Assembly (NCBI GenBank): GCA_902509965.1
Contig: CABWZP010000001.1
Coordinates: forward strand, 72,694 to 136,693
Reading direction: 5' to 3'
Source: an uncultured SAR86 cluster bacterium
Lineage (GTDB): Bacteria; Pseudomonadota; Gammaproteobacteria; Magnimaribacterales; D2472
Length of the DNA stretch: 64,000 nt
Shown: in pieces, positions 37,823 through 47,170 of the stretch
How the letters are laid out: every line of letters begins with the position of its first letter
How positions within the stretch are numbered: position 1 is the first letter of the stretch
Made by a program: the position numbers and the translations under genes
The notes under the pieces: model-generated
What the model was told of the DNA's origin: nothing
The model's database searches: none
The model's input: only the letters and a program-made list of their open reading frames with translations

Positions 37823-38782
37823 TCAAGACCAATTTTTTCCAAATTTATCTGTTGCTGATATCAATGCATGAGTGATTTCTTTTTCAAAAGCAGTATGTCC
37901 AGATGCTGGAGCTACAATTAGTTCTGCCTCTGGCCATGCTTCTGATAGCTCCCATGCAGTTTTCATTGGACAAACTACATCGTATCGCCCTTGAACAATA
38001 ACGGCCGGGATAGATCGGATTATATCGATATTATCAATGATTTGATTTTCTGTCTTAAACCATCCTTTATTTACAAAATAATGATTCTCAATAAGAGCGA
38101 ATGCTAAAGCAAACTCTGGATTTGAAAATTCCTCAACTAATGATGGTTTATATGCAAGACTACTTGTTGCTGCTTCCCATTTTGACCAAGCTATTGCTGC
38201 CTTTAAGCGCTTTTCTTTATCATCACTTTTAAATATTTCGTGGTAAGAACTCATTAAATTATTTCTTTTGTCTTCATCAATTATGTCCAAAAACCCACTC
38301 CAAGCTTCTGGAAAAATTCTACTTGCACCATCTTGATAGAACCAATGAAGCTCCTCTTTTCTTAAAAGGAATATACCTCTAAGCACTAGCTCACTTACAG
38401 ATTTAGGATGGGCTTGAGCATAAGCAAGAGAAAGAGTACTTCCCCAGGACCCACCAAATACTAACCACTTTTCAATACCTAATTTTTCTCTTAAATTCTC
38501 TATATCAGAAACTAGGTGCCATGTTGTATTATTTTCTAAACATCCATGAGGCTTACTTCTTCCACAACCTCTTTGATCAAAAATAATTATTCGATACAAA
38601 TCAGGATTAAAAAATCTTCTAACTTCTTCACTTCCTCCGCCACCTGGACCTCCATGAAGGAATAGAGCTGGTTTTCCATTTGGATTACCACATTGCTCAA
38701 AATAAACTTGATGCTGATCAACATTCAGAAATCCTGAATCATATGGCTTAATTTTAGGATATAAATTTAATTGATTTTCCAT
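37823..38782 (-). CDS. pip: proline iminopeptidase
   Basis: HGGPGGGG oxyanion motif, nucleophile elbow GGSWGSTLS, 319 aa. Confidence 0.9.
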   Translation of the reverse strand: MENQLNLYPKIKPYDSGFLNVDQHQVYFEQCGNPNGKPALFLHGGPGGGGSEEVRRFFNPDLYRIIIFDQRGCGRSKPHGCLENNTTWHLVSDIENLREKLGIEKWLVFGGSWGSTLSLAYAQAHPKSVSELVLRGIFLLRKEELHWFYQDGASRIFPEAWSGFLDIIDEDKRNNLMSSYHEIFKSDDKEKRLKAAIAWSKWEAATSSLAYKPSLVEEFSNPEFALAFALIENHYFVNKGWFKTENQIIDNIDIIRSIPAVIVQGRYDVVCPMKTAWELSEAWPEAELIVAPASGHTAFEKEITHALISATDKFGKNWS

Positions 38783-38839
38783 ATCTTATTATTAGATTAA
38801 TAAGAATGTTCTTCAACTATTTTTGAGATTTATAAAAGA

Positions 38840-38915
38840 TGGTGGCCTGAGGTAGAATCGAACTACCGACACAAGGATTTTCAATCCTTTGCTCTACCGA
38901 CTGAGCTATCAGGCC
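38840..38915 (-). tRNA. tRNA-Phe (anticodon GAA)
   Basis: The reverse complement GGCCTGATAGCTCAGTCGGTAGAGCAAAGGATTGAAAATCCTTGTGTCGGTAGTTCGATTCTACCTCAGGCCACCA folds as a cloverleaf. It has a 7-bp acceptor stem, GCTC/GAGC D stem, AAGGA/TCCTT anticodon stem with loop TTGAAAA, GGTAG/CTACC T stem with TTCGATT loop, and an encoded CCA. Confidence 0.95.
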
Positions 38916-39014
38916 ATTTAAGTGAAGTTGGATTATAGAAAAGTTTCAAGTTAATGTCATTAAGATTAGGTATCTAAATCTTTATCTTAAGGATCTAACA
39001 TATTCAAGATCAGA

Positions 39015-39284
39015 TTAACTTAGAGGTTTAAATCCTGCAGGTTTTTCATAGTCTTCATTGTTAAAGAATTTTTCCATTTCTCCAAGTAGCCACATTCTGC
39101 TATCTTGATTAGACATATCTAAATGTTTCTCATTAATTAATGTTGTTTGATGAGATTTCCACTCATCCCATGCTTTTTGAGATACTGTTGCCATTAATTC
39201 TTGACCTCTTGCTCCAGGCATAGGAGGAATTTTCAGAGCAGGAAGATCCTCTTTAAATTTTTTGCAGAATATTTTTTCACTCAT
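39015..39284 (-). CDS. yggX: Fe(2+)-trafficking protein YggX
   Basis: 89 aa; IFCKKF...QKAWDEWKSHQTTLINEKHLDM parallels E. coli YggX, in a mutY-yggX pair. Confidence 0.9.
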   Translation of the reverse strand: MSEKIFCKKFKEDLPALKIPPMPGARGQELMATVSQKAWDEWKSHQTTLINEKHLDMSNQDSRMWLLGEMEKFFNNEDYEKPAGFKPLS

Positions 39285-40303
39285 AAACTTAAAATTATTT
39301 TTTTAACAGGAGCAGGCATCCCAAATCTATCAATATCTGATTTATTTATCCAGCGGTGCTCAGCGTTTGTTTTTACCTTAAAAACTTTATTGTATCTTAA
39401 TAAGTTGATACTTAAATTTAATTCTAGATGCGTTAACTGATGTTTTTGTCTAATCGTTTGTTGGCTAGAGGATTTTGATTTTGTAATTTTGTGCATTCTT
39501 GGATATTCAGATGGCAGCCATAAACTGTCCCAAAATGTTTTCTCTTCACGTTTAAATAAAAGAACATGAGAATTAGTATAGGCAAGCGTAAACTGAATAT
39601 CCCTAATAGGTTTTACTTTGAGGATTTTAGATGCCTTTAATCCATCTTTAACTTGAAAAGCAGAATCACATATCTTATTTAGTGGACAAACTACACAATC
39701 AGGTTCTTTGGGCTTACATATGATTGATCCTAAATCCATAATTCCTTGTGTATATTCAAATATACCCCTCATTGGCGTTACTTCTCTTGAAACTTCCCAC
39801 AACTGCTTGTCTCTTTTGCTAGGTGATTGCTCATTTATATTTGAGTATCGCGATAGAACTCTTTTCACATTAGCATCAAGAATTGGATAAGATTTTTGAT
39901 AAGCAATTGACATAATTGCTCCTGCAGTTGACGCTCCTATTCCAGGCAATGCTTTCAAATCATCAAAGTTTTTAGGAAATTGTTTATTAAATTCTGTTTT
40001 GATTATTTCTTTTGCTTTAAAAATATTTCTTGCTCTTCTATAGAAGCCTAATCCAGACCATAGTGCAATAACCTCATCTTCAGTAGCCTCAAATAAAGAT
40101 TCTAGAGAAGGGCGCTCTTTAAGAAATCTTAAATAATATGGAATAACTGTCTTAACTTGCGTCTGTTGTAACATGATCTCTGAGATCCATACATTATATG
40201 GAGATATATTATGCCTCCAAGGTAAGCTTACCCTTCCCTGAGATTTATACCAATCAATTACAAAACTGCTAAGTATTAGGTTATCTTTTTGTGGACTAAT
40301 CAT
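39281..40303 (-). CDS. mutY: A/G-specific adenine DNA glycosylase
   Basis: HhH-GPD element [12 protein letters not shown], the 4Fe-4S cluster motif [17 protein letters not shown] (C-x6-C-x2-C-x5-C), and a Nudix-like C-terminal domain. Confidence 0.92.
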   Translation of the reverse strand: MISPQKDNLILSSFVIDWYKSQGRVSLPWRHNISPYNVWISEIMLQQTQVKTVIPYYLRFLKERPSLESLFEATEDEVIALWSGLGFYRRARNIFKAKEIIKTEFNKQFPKNFDDLKALPGIGASTAGAIMSIAYQKSYPILDANVKRVLSRYSNINEQSPSKRDKQLWEVSREVTPMRGIFEYTQGIMDLGSIICKPKEPDCVVCPLNKICDSAFQVKDGLKASKILKVKPIRDIQFTLAYTNSHVLLFKREEKTFWDSLWLPSEYPRMHKITKSKSSSQQTIRQKHQLTHLELNLSINLLRYNKVFKVKTNAEHRWINKSDIDRFGMPAPVKKIILSL

Positions 40304-40926
40304 TCATAAAGTTTTTCTTTTGAAGAGATAGAGCCATCTTCATCAAATAAATAGTGGATTGGTGCACCGGTTGGTATCTCTAACTTTACTATCTCTTCTT
40401 CTGAAATGTTATCCAGTTGCATTATTAACGCTCTTAGAGAGTTACCATGAGCAGCTACAAGAATATTCTTATCATTTAACACATCAGGCATAATTACCTC
40501 GTTAAAATAAGGAAGAACTCTCTCCGCTGTATCTTTTAAACTTTCTCCATCTGGAGGAGGAGTATCATATGACCTTCTCCAGATATGCACTTGATCTTCT
40601 CCCCACTTTTTTCTAGCGTCATCCTTGTTTAGGCCTGATAAGCTTCCATAATCTCTTTCATTTAAAGCTTGGTTTTGGATAATAGGAATATCTGATTGTT
40701 GTATTTCATTGAGAATTAAATCACCAGTTAACTGAGCTCTTTTCAATGCCGATGTGAACATGCAGTCAAAATTGATTTTAGTATTTAAAATAAGTTGCCC
40801 GGCATTTTTAGCTTCTTTATAGCCAAGTGAAGTTAACCCAGGATCTTTCCATCCTGTAAATAAGTTTTTTTCATTCCATTCGCTTTGACCATGCCGTACT
40901 AAAACTAAATTTCGTTTTAAACCCAT
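40300..40926 (-). CDS. gpmA: 2,3-bisphosphoglycerate-dependent phosphoglycerate mutase (short form)
   Basis: [20 protein letters not shown] catalytic-His motif and a later [10 protein letters not shown]; 208 aa. Confidence 0.88.
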   Translation of the reverse strand: MGLKRNLVLVRHGQSEWNEKNLFTGWKDPGLTSLGYKEAKNAGQLILNTKINFDCMFTSALKRAQLTGDLILNEIQQSDIPIIQNQALNERDYGSLSGLNKDDARKKWGEDQVHIWRRSYDTPPPDGESLKDTAERVLPYFNEVIMPDVLNDKNILVAAHGNSLRALIMQLDNISEEEIVKLEIPTGAPIHYLFDEDGSISSKEKLYE

Positions 40927-40976
40927 TTCTTAACTCCTTTAAACACAAGTGACTTATTTTAAGAGATAATACGCAT

Positions 40977-41393
40977 ATGATCGAATTCAATTTATTTTTA
41001 ATAGATTATTGGTATTTTTCTTTTCCACTATTCTTAACTATTATCTTATGGTCTCGCCATGAAATGAATAGGGGAGGTAATAAAATTACTTCCGCAGACT
41101 TAACAAGGCTTGTAAATAAGAATTCAGCAACTGTAATTGATTTAAGATCTGCTGATGAATTTAATATTGGCCATATAGCCAATTCAATAAATATGCCACA
41201 TGATGCTTTTGAAAAGTATAGTCATCGAATCTCTTCTGATCGTCAAAAACCAATTATTTTGGTATGTTCGATGGGCAGTCAGTCTAAAAATATTGGCGAG
41301 ACGCTTAAAAACATGGAATACGCCAATATAAATATTCTTCAAGGCGGGATTTTAACTTGGCAACAAGAGGGATTACCATTAGTAACAGAGTAA
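40977..41393 (+). CDS. membrane-anchored rhodanese-domain sulfurtransferase
   Basis: N-terminal TM helix and a rhodanese fold with the active-site loop VCSMGSQS. Confidence 0.75.
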   Translation: MIEFNLFLIDYWYFSFPLFLTIILWSRHEMNRGGNKITSADLTRLVNKNSATVIDLRSADEFNIGHIANSINMPHDAFEKYSHRISSDRQKPIILVCSMGSQSKNIGETLKNMEYANINILQGGILTWQQEGLPLVTE

Positions 41394-41395
41394 AA

Positions 41396-42775
41396 CTAAA
41401 GACCTAGCTCTTTTATCTTTTTGCTTAAAGTATTTCTTCCCCATCCCAATAAAACAGCAGCTTCATTCTTACGACCATTAGTTTTTTCTAAAGCAGTTTG
41501 AATTAGTATCTTATCAAGCTTTGGATTTACGATATCTAGAAGATCAGAATCTTTATTTTCAGAGAGTTCCTTTAACCAAGCAGCAAGACCTTGCTCCCAG
41601 TCTGATGAAACTTCAACTTCTTGAGCTTCATGATCTTTTACCTCACTTGGTAAATCTTCAACTTTAATATTTTGTGTGGGAGACATTAAAGTTAACCAAT
41701 AACAAATATTTTCAAGTTGCCTTACATTTCCTGGCCAATCATATTTTTCTAAAAATTCTAATGCCTCTTTACTTAGAACCCTTAACTCTTCTCCAAGCGC
41801 GTCTGAATGCATTTTAAGAAAAGCGGTTGCAAGAAGCTTGATATCATCATGTCGATCTTTGAGTTTAGGAACCTCGATTCTGATTACATTTAATCTATAA
41901 AATAAATCTTCTCTAAATTTAGCTAAACTTACTAGACTATGAAGGTCTTGATGAGTAGCTGCTAAAATTCTTACATCTACTTTTATAGGTTTATCTCCAC
42001 CAACTCTATAGAATTCCTTATTTGATAAAACTCTAAGTAATCTAGTTTGGCATTCAAGAGGCATATCACCAATTTCATCTAAGAATAAAGTTCCACCATT
42101 AGCTTGTTCAAATCTTCCTATTCTTCTATCTACAGCCCCTGTAAATGCTCCTTTTTCATGACCGAATAGCTCAGATTCAACAAGTTCTTTTGGAATATCT
42201 GCCATATTTAGAGCAACAAAAGGCATATCATTTCTGGGACTATTCTTATGCAATGATTTGGCGATTAGTTCTTTACCTGTCCCTGACTCACCTTGTATTA
42301 AAACAGTTGCATTTGTATTTGATAATTTTCCAATGGCCCTAAAAACCATCTGCATAGAAGCAGCTTTCCCAATAATTTCAGAGGAGGGCTTACCTTTCAA
42401 TCCTTTTGTTGCTGGTTTCCCTTCTAAAGCACGATTTACTATTTCTATTGCTTCATCTAAATCAAAAGGCTTTGGCATATATTCAAATGCTCCGCCCCCG
42501 TATGAATCAATTGCGGCCTGCATATCTGTAAAGGCTGTCATTATTATTACTGGTATTTCTTCAAAGTTATCATTTATATATTTCAGCAAATCATACCCAT
42601 GGCTTCCAGGCATCTTGACATCAGTAATTATTAAATCTGGTTTATCCGTTTTTAGCTCTTTCAGCAAACTATCTGCATCCGGAAACAAGTTCGTTAAAAA
42701 TCCAGCACTATTTAAGCTTTCTTCAAGAACCATCCTTATAGCTGCATCATCGTCAGCTACCCATATTTTATGCAT
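41396..42775 (-). CDS. ntrC: nitrogen regulation protein NR(I), sigma-54-dependent response regulator
   Basis: Receiver domain (VADDD...TDVKMPG), AAA+ domain ([14 protein letters not shown]) and a C-terminal Fis-type HTH. The ATG at 42775 lies 6 nt after AAGGAG; the ORF-track TTG at 42781 abuts the SD. Confidence 0.93.
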   Translation of the reverse strand: MHKIWVADDDAAIRMVLEESLNSAGFLTNLFPDADSLLKELKTDKPDLIITDVKMPGSHGYDLLKYINDNFEEIPVIIMTAFTDMQAAIDSYGGGAFEYMPKPFDLDEAIEIVNRALEGKPATKGLKGKPSSEIIGKAASMQMVFRAIGKLSNTNATVLIQGESGTGKELIAKSLHKNSPRNDMPFVALNMADIPKELVESELFGHEKGAFTGAVDRRIGRFEQANGGTLFLDEIGDMPLECQTRLLRVLSNKEFYRVGGDKPIKVDVRILAATHQDLHSLVSLAKFREDLFYRLNVIRIEVPKLKDRHDDIKLLATAFLKMHSDALGEELRVLSKEALEFLEKYDWPGNVRQLENICYWLTLMSPTQNIKVEDLPSEVKDHEAQEVEVSSDWEQGLAAWLKELSENKDSDLLDIVNPKLDKILIQTALEKTNGRKNEAAVLLGWGRNTLSKKIKELGL

Positions 42776-43856
42776 TAGCAACTCCTTTTAACTGTATCGC
42801 AGACATGGGTAATAAGATTGAAAAAATCGTATTTCCAGGCTTGCTAGAAAAAGCAATAGATCCACCATGTATTCTTATAATGTCTTGTGCTATTGAAAGC
42901 CCTAAACCAGAACCATCATCTTTTGTTGACATCATAGGAAAAAAGACCTGTTCTTGAATATCAGCAGGTATACCAGGCCCATTATCTATAATATCTATCT
43001 GACAAATAGTGGAGAAGACTTTGCCATTAATTGGCTTGCTATAGGCTATTCTGGAAGATATTGTTATAAAAGATTCTTCGTTTTCAATATTGATTGCCTG
43101 CATTGCATTTTTCACTATATTTAAAACTGCATGAATAAATAGATTTTCATCTCCATAAATGTCAGGAATGCTTGGATCATAATCTCTTATTAAATTAAAG
43201 TTTTTGTTTTGCTCCGCTAATGCCAAAGAGTGAACCCTTTCCAGTGCTGAATGAATATTAAAAGGCTCTAAATTTGGTTTCTTTGGTGGAGTTAAAATCT
43301 TACTAACAATAGAATTTAATCTGTCTGTCTCATCTATAATAATTTTTAAGAATTTAGAAGAAAATGTATCATTTAATTTTGAATTTAATAGCTGAGCACT
43401 TCCCTTTATTCCAGATAATGGATTTTTAACTTCATGAGCTAATGTTCTTGCAAGGTTCGCAGCAATTTTTTGCGAAGAAGCCATCTTAGATGAATCAATA
43501 ATCTTATTAAGATTATCAACACTCATTACTTCGATAATGATCCATTCATATTTTGGAGAAAATGATACAGTCAGGTCTACTTCACGTGATGCGTTATTAT
43601 TTGATATAAGTTCAAAATCTCTTTTGGTAACTGACTTACGATCTTTAATGGCCATGTTAATGACTCTTTTAATTTCTTGTTCAGTTTTTGGACAAAAGAA
43701 TTTCGAATAAGAAGACTGATTTTTAGTATCATTTATCCAGCCATTAGCTAGAGCAGAATCATTTACCCATAATATACTTAAAGACTCATCTAAAATTATA
43801 ATCTCTGTGTTTAAATGATTTAGTAAGCCTGTATCTAATTGTTTTATGTCAGCCAT
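42768..43856 (-). CDS. ntrB: nitrogen regulation sensor histidine kinase NR(II)
   Basis: PAS-like N-terminus, H-box LAHEVKNPLSGIKGSAQLL typical of NtrB, and an ATPase domain with DNGPGIP and GSGLGLS. Confidence 0.92.
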   Translation of the reverse strand: MADIKQLDTGLLNHLNTEIIILDESLSILWVNDSALANGWINDTKNQSSYSKFFCPKTEQEIKRVINMAIKDRKSVTKRDFELISNNNASREVDLTVSFSPKYEWIIIEVMSVDNLNKIIDSSKMASSQKIAANLARTLAHEVKNPLSGIKGSAQLLNSKLNDTFSSKFLKIIIDETDRLNSIVSKILTPPKKPNLEPFNIHSALERVHSLALAEQNKNFNLIRDYDPSIPDIYGDENLFIHAVLNIVKNAMQAINIENEESFITISSRIAYSKPINGKVFSTICQIDIIDNGPGIPADIQEQVFFPMMSTKDDGSGLGLSIAQDIIRIHGGSIAFSSKPGNTIFSILLPMSAIQLKGVANA

Positions 43857-43864
43857 TAGATGAT

Positions 43865-43890
43865 ATCGGCTCCTTTTTCAAAGAGCCGAT
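43865..43890 (-). other. perfect 8-bp inverted repeat (hairpin) between the GS gene and ntrB
   Basis: ATCGGCTC (43865-43872), a 10-nt loop, then GAGCCGAT (43883-43890). There is no U-tract on the transcribed (minus) strand. Confidence 0.3.
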
Positions 43891-43902
43891 TAGATTGCAG
43901 AT

Positions 43903-44883
43903 TTATTTTGTTAATGTTCCCACTATATGAGACACAATTTTATAGGGATCAGCATTTGAAGCAGGCCTTCTGTCTTCTAAATACCCATTCCAATTATGCT
44001 CTACCGTATAAACAGGTATACGGATACTAGCACCTCTATCACTTACTCCATAAGAGAATTGATCAATACTTTGCGTTTCATGCAGCCCGGTTAGCCTCAT
44101 ATCATTATCAGAACCATATGCAGCTATTCCCTCTGCATGGACTTCACCGAGTTTTTCACACATTGATGAAAATAGTTCTTCTGAACCATTAGACCTCATA
44201 GCTTCATTTGAAAAATTACAGTGCATTCCAGAACCATTCCAGTCTCCTGTTTTGGGTTTTGGATGGATGTTGACACCAACTCCAAATTCTTCAGCAATTT
44301 TATATAATAAATATCTGCTAACCCATAAATCATCAGCAGCTTTTATACCTTTTCCAAAACATTGGTATTCCCATTGTCCTAATGCTACCTCAGCATTTGT
44401 TCCAGTAAGCTCGATGCCCATTTCAAGACATGCTGCAAGATGAACATCTGAAATTTCTCTTCCTACAACATTTCCTGATCCAACTGCACAATAGTAAGGT
44501 CCTTGTGGCCCAGGCTCTCCATTTTCCCATCCTAAAGGATCCCCGGTTTCAGGATCAGTAAAAAAGTATTCTTGTTCAAAGCCAAACCACCATTCATCTG
44601 TAACAACAGCCTCAGCAGCAGCTCTGAAGTTAGATGGGTGAGTAGTATGATCCGCTGATTGAACTTGTGTCATCACAATGTCATGCCCATTCTGGTTAGC
44701 ATATGTTTGAACAGGTATTAGTAAACAATCCGAACTTCCACCTTCTGCCTGTTGAGTAGATGATCCATCAAATGACCATTCAGGCGGTGTATCAGATTTA
44801 GTTGCTTTAACCTTACTTCTCATTGACGACTCAGGTTTATAACCATCTAGCCATATATATTCGTATGTTTTAAATTCCGACAT
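43903..44883 (-). CDS. glnII: glutamine synthetase, type II (eukaryote-like GSII)
   Basis: 326 aa from ATG 44883 (GGAGA SD 5 nt upstream). It carries the GSII hallmark blocks EYIWLDG, FDGSSTQQAEGGSSDC, WFGFEQEYFF, GPYYCAVG, NAEVALGQWEYQCFGKG, DWNGSGMHCNFS, RLTGLHETQSIDQFSYGVSDRGASIRIP and GYLEDRRPASNADPY. Confidence 0.92.
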   Translation of the reverse strand: MSEFKTYEYIWLDGYKPESSMRSKVKATKSDTPPEWSFDGSSTQQAEGGSSDCLLIPVQTYANQNGHDIVMTQVQSADHTTHPSNFRAAAEAVVTDEWWFGFEQEYFFTDPETGDPLGWENGEPGPQGPYYCAVGSGNVVGREISDVHLAACLEMGIELTGTNAEVALGQWEYQCFGKGIKAADDLWVSRYLLYKIAEEFGVGVNIHPKPKTGDWNGSGMHCNFSNEAMRSNGSEELFSSMCEKLGEVHAEGIAAYGSDNDMRLTGLHETQSIDQFSYGVSDRGASIRIPVYTVEHNWNGYLEDRRPASNADPYKIVSHIVGTLTK

Positions 44884-44918
44884 TTTTTCTCCAAAAAAAT
44901 TAATAACATTCTTTAACA

Positions 44919-44934
44919 TGCAATATTAATGCCA
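44919..44934 (-). promoter_or_regulatory. sigma-54 (-24/-12) promoter for the GSII gene
   Basis: The minus strand reads TGGCAT-TAATA-TTGCA, against the consensus TGGCAC-N5-TTGCA. It lies ~35 nt upstream of the ATG and downstream of the NtrC-like sites. Confidence 0.8.
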
Positions 44935-44972
44935 AAAATAGAAAGAAACAAGCATTATATGAGTGCATTTTT

Positions 44973-44989
44973 AGCATTATTTATGTGCA
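44973..44989 (-). promoter_or_regulatory. second, weaker NtrC-like site
   Basis: The minus strand reads TGCAC-ATAAATA-ATGCT: the first half-site is perfect and the second matches 3 of 5. Further TGCA(C) motifs are clustered nearby. Confidence 0.35.
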
Positions 44990-45001
44990 ATTAATATAAA
45001 A

Positions 45002-45018
45002 TGCACAATAAAAGTGCT
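45002..45018 (-). promoter_or_regulatory. NtrC-like enhancer site (strong match)
   Basis: The minus strand reads AGCAC-TTTTATT-GTGCA, against the NtrC palindrome TGCAC-N7-GTGCA (9 of 10 half-site positions). It is centred ~75 nt upstream of the -24 element. Confidence 0.6.
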
Positions 45019-45022
45019 TATT

Positions 45023-45598
45023 TTACAAATTGAGAAAATTTTTGATAGTACCTAATTTTTCTGAGAAAGAGGCATATGAATGATTGCCTCCAAATTTTAC
45101 ATCTATATACCCACCATTATAGAAGCTTATTGCATCAATATAATCAAGGACTTCATCTCCAGATTCAGTTAAAAGCAAGTAGTTGGATGGATTTTTGATT
45201 CTTGATATTTCGATTTCTTTTAGTTTTTCTATATCTTTGTTAGTAAGTTCGAATTTACTTCCATTTGAATAATTTTCATTAACACCAATATATTCTTTTA
45301 AACCCTCTGATGGATTAATCGCTGGATTAATCACAATTGCTTTTTGTCTATAAAGCTCCGCAAAATAAGTAGCAAAAAAACCACCCAACGAACTGCCCAT
45401 GAAACTCTTTCCCTCTGATAAGTCCTCACTCACTAATTTATTAAGTTGAGGAACTGCTTCAGAGAACTTATCAGCTATATTTGGAATTATTAATTTTGTA
45501 TCTGGAAAATTATCTTTTATAAATTTTTTAAAGGTTTGGGCTTTAGAAGATTCAGCCGATGACATAAATCCATGAAAATAAAAAATAGTCTTATTCAT
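45023..45598 (-). CDS. yqiA: YqiA-family alpha/beta-hydrolase esterase (UPF0227)
   Basis: IFYFHGFMSS N-terminus, GSSLGGFFA nucleophile elbow, GGNHS near the C-terminus; 191 aa, adjacent to a DUF1249 gene as in E. coli yqiB-yqiA. Confidence 0.8.
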   Translation of the reverse strand: MNKTIFYFHGFMSSAESSKAQTFKKFIKDNFPDTKLIIPNIADKFSEAVPQLNKLVSEDLSEGKSFMGSSLGGFFATYFAELYRQKAIVINPAINPSEGLKEYIGVNENYSNGSKFELTNKDIEKLKEIEISRIKNPSNYLLLTESGDEVLDYIDAISFYNGGYIDVKFGGNHSYASFSEKLGTIKNFLNL

Positions 45599-46031
45599 CT
45601 ATGATATTTGCAATTTCTGATTTCGCTGCTATCCCAGAAATAAATATACTTTCTAGCCATTCTGTAAGAAATCTATTCTGTTGTTCTTTTTCATCTCGTG
45701 ATTGGATTTCAGATTTTTTATAGAAAAAAGGCAAGGGTTTTTCACTTTGATATGAAGCGACTTCTGCCATTTCTGCATCTATAAAAATATTAATGCGTAA
45801 TGTGAATATATTTAGGGAAGAACTCTTGTTAGTTTGTTTAGCTTCTATAGTAAGAGTATGTTTAGTTCGATCAAGAACCAAAAAAGAAATATCTTGTGAC
45901 TTGGAGTTGCCTAGGATGGTTTCGAAGTGATATTTATCAAGTATAAAATGAGATAATAAATTAGATAATCTCAAATAATTAGCTTCGCAAATAGCAATAT
46001 GATGTGAAGTTTTGGGTAGTCTATTTCTCAT
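45591..46031 (-). CDS. DUF1249 (YqiB-like) protein
   Basis: 146-aa protein beginning ...CEANYLRL, positioned upstream of yqiA as in enterics. Confidence 0.6.
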   Translation of the reverse strand: MRNRLPKTSHHIAICEANYLRLSNLLSHFILDKYHFETILGNSKSQDISFLVLDRTKHTLTIEAKQTNKSSSLNIFTLRINIFIDAEMAEVASYQSEKPLPFFYKKSEIQSRDEKEQQNRFLTEWLESIFISGIAAKSEIANIIDE

Positions 46032-47170
46032 GATTTAATTCTATATTCTTTCTTTATAGGAGTATATTCTTCACAAGATTTCTTATATTGAAGAATATTT
46101 TTACTTTCTTTAAAACAGAAATCAGATATAGCTTTACCAAGGTCATCTTTTAAAAAATAATGAAAAGAAGATGAAAGTTCTGGCTCAAAACCTCTTCTAA
46201 TTTTATGTTCACCCTGAATACCAGGATCAAAGTAATCTAAATTGTTACTAATACAGTAATCTATTCCTTGATAGTAGCAAGCTTCAAAATGAAGGCAATC
46301 AATATTTTTTATACTTCCCCAATGTCTTCCAAACAAAGTATTATCATTCTTGAAACATAGTGACCCACCAATAACCGTATTATCTTGTATCGCAAAAAAT
46401 AAGATGGGATGACATGAGGCAGTCTTAGAGCCTATGTGTTTAAAAAAATTTTTTTCAAGGTAGGGTTTTTGCCACCTATCCATGTAAGTCTGACTATAAA
46501 GTTTATAGAAAATATCCCAATCATTTAAGGTTATTTCTGAGCCTTCAATAATCCTAAAACTAATTTTTGCATTAAATATTTTCTTCCTCTCTGCTTTTAT
46601 TGTTTTTCTTTGTCTTGCAGTAAAAATATCCAAGAAATTATTAAAATCACTGAAGTTTCTATTTTTCCAAACAAATCTGCATCCTAATCTCTCTATAAAA
46701 TCATGATTTTTAAGAAATGATCCAGTCTCTTCATCTGGATAAAGAATATGCCAACTCTCTATGCCTTCAACAGCCATATATTTTTTAATATCATGAATTA
46801 ATTCATTTCTAGCAAGCTCATCTTTTCCAATAATTCTTTCTCCTTTGCATGGCGTAAAGGGAATAGCAGTTAAAAGTTTTGGGTAATATTTTCTGCCAGC
46901 TTGCTCCAGTGCGTGAGCCCACGAATGATCAAAAACAAATTCCCCACTACTATTGTATTTTTTATACAGCGGAACGAAGCCGATAATTTTATCTTTTTCA
47001 GTTTTTGTAAAATGTGCTGGCTCCCATCCATTCTCTATACAAGCTGATTTGCTTTTTTCTAATGCATGCAGGAATTGATAATGCATGAATGGGGAACTAA
47101 CATTTGCGCTAAGTTCTAAAAAGTGTTCTTCAGAAATTTCTTCAATAGAATTTTTTATAATGGCAGTCAT
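46028..47170 (-). CDS. DUF482 / FemAB-like GNAT-fold N-acyltransferase family protein
   Basis: 380 aa; the general pattern (SPFMHYQFLHALE..., YFDPGIQGEHKIRRGF) matches the DUF482 family as I recall it. Confidence 0.55.
   Translation of the reverse strand: MTAIIKNSIEEISEEHFLELSANVSSPFMHYQFLHALEKSKSACIENGWEPAHFTKTEKDKIIGFVPLYKKYNSSGEFVFDHSWAHALEQAGRKYYPKLLTAIPFTPCKGERIIGKDELARNELIHDIKKYMAVEGIESWHILYPDEETGSFLKNHDFIERLGCRFVWKNRNFSDFNNFLDIFTARQRKTIKAERKKIFNAKISFRIIEGSEITLNDWDIFYKLYSQTYMDRWQKPYLEKNFFKHIGSKTASCHPILFFAIQDNTVIGGSLCFKNDNTLFGRHWGSIKNIDCLHFEACYYQGIDYCISNNLDYFDPGIQGEHKIRRGFEPELSSSFHYFLKDDLGKAISDFCFKESKNILQYKKSCEEYTPIKKEYRIKS

Noticed and set aside
38783-39014. tRNA-Phe as a possible genomic-island integration site
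   Set aside because: I saw no integrase, no phage or transposon genes, and no duplicated copy of the tRNA 3' end nearby. The flanking genes (pip, yggX-mutY) are ordinary core genes.
42258-42791. 177-aa plus-strand ORF (also 42145-42342) inside the ntrC region
   Set aside because: It is entirely antisense to a full-length, motif-rich NtrC gene. Its product is a low-complexity Ser/Phe/Ile-rich sequence with no recognisable family. This is a typical shadow ORF.
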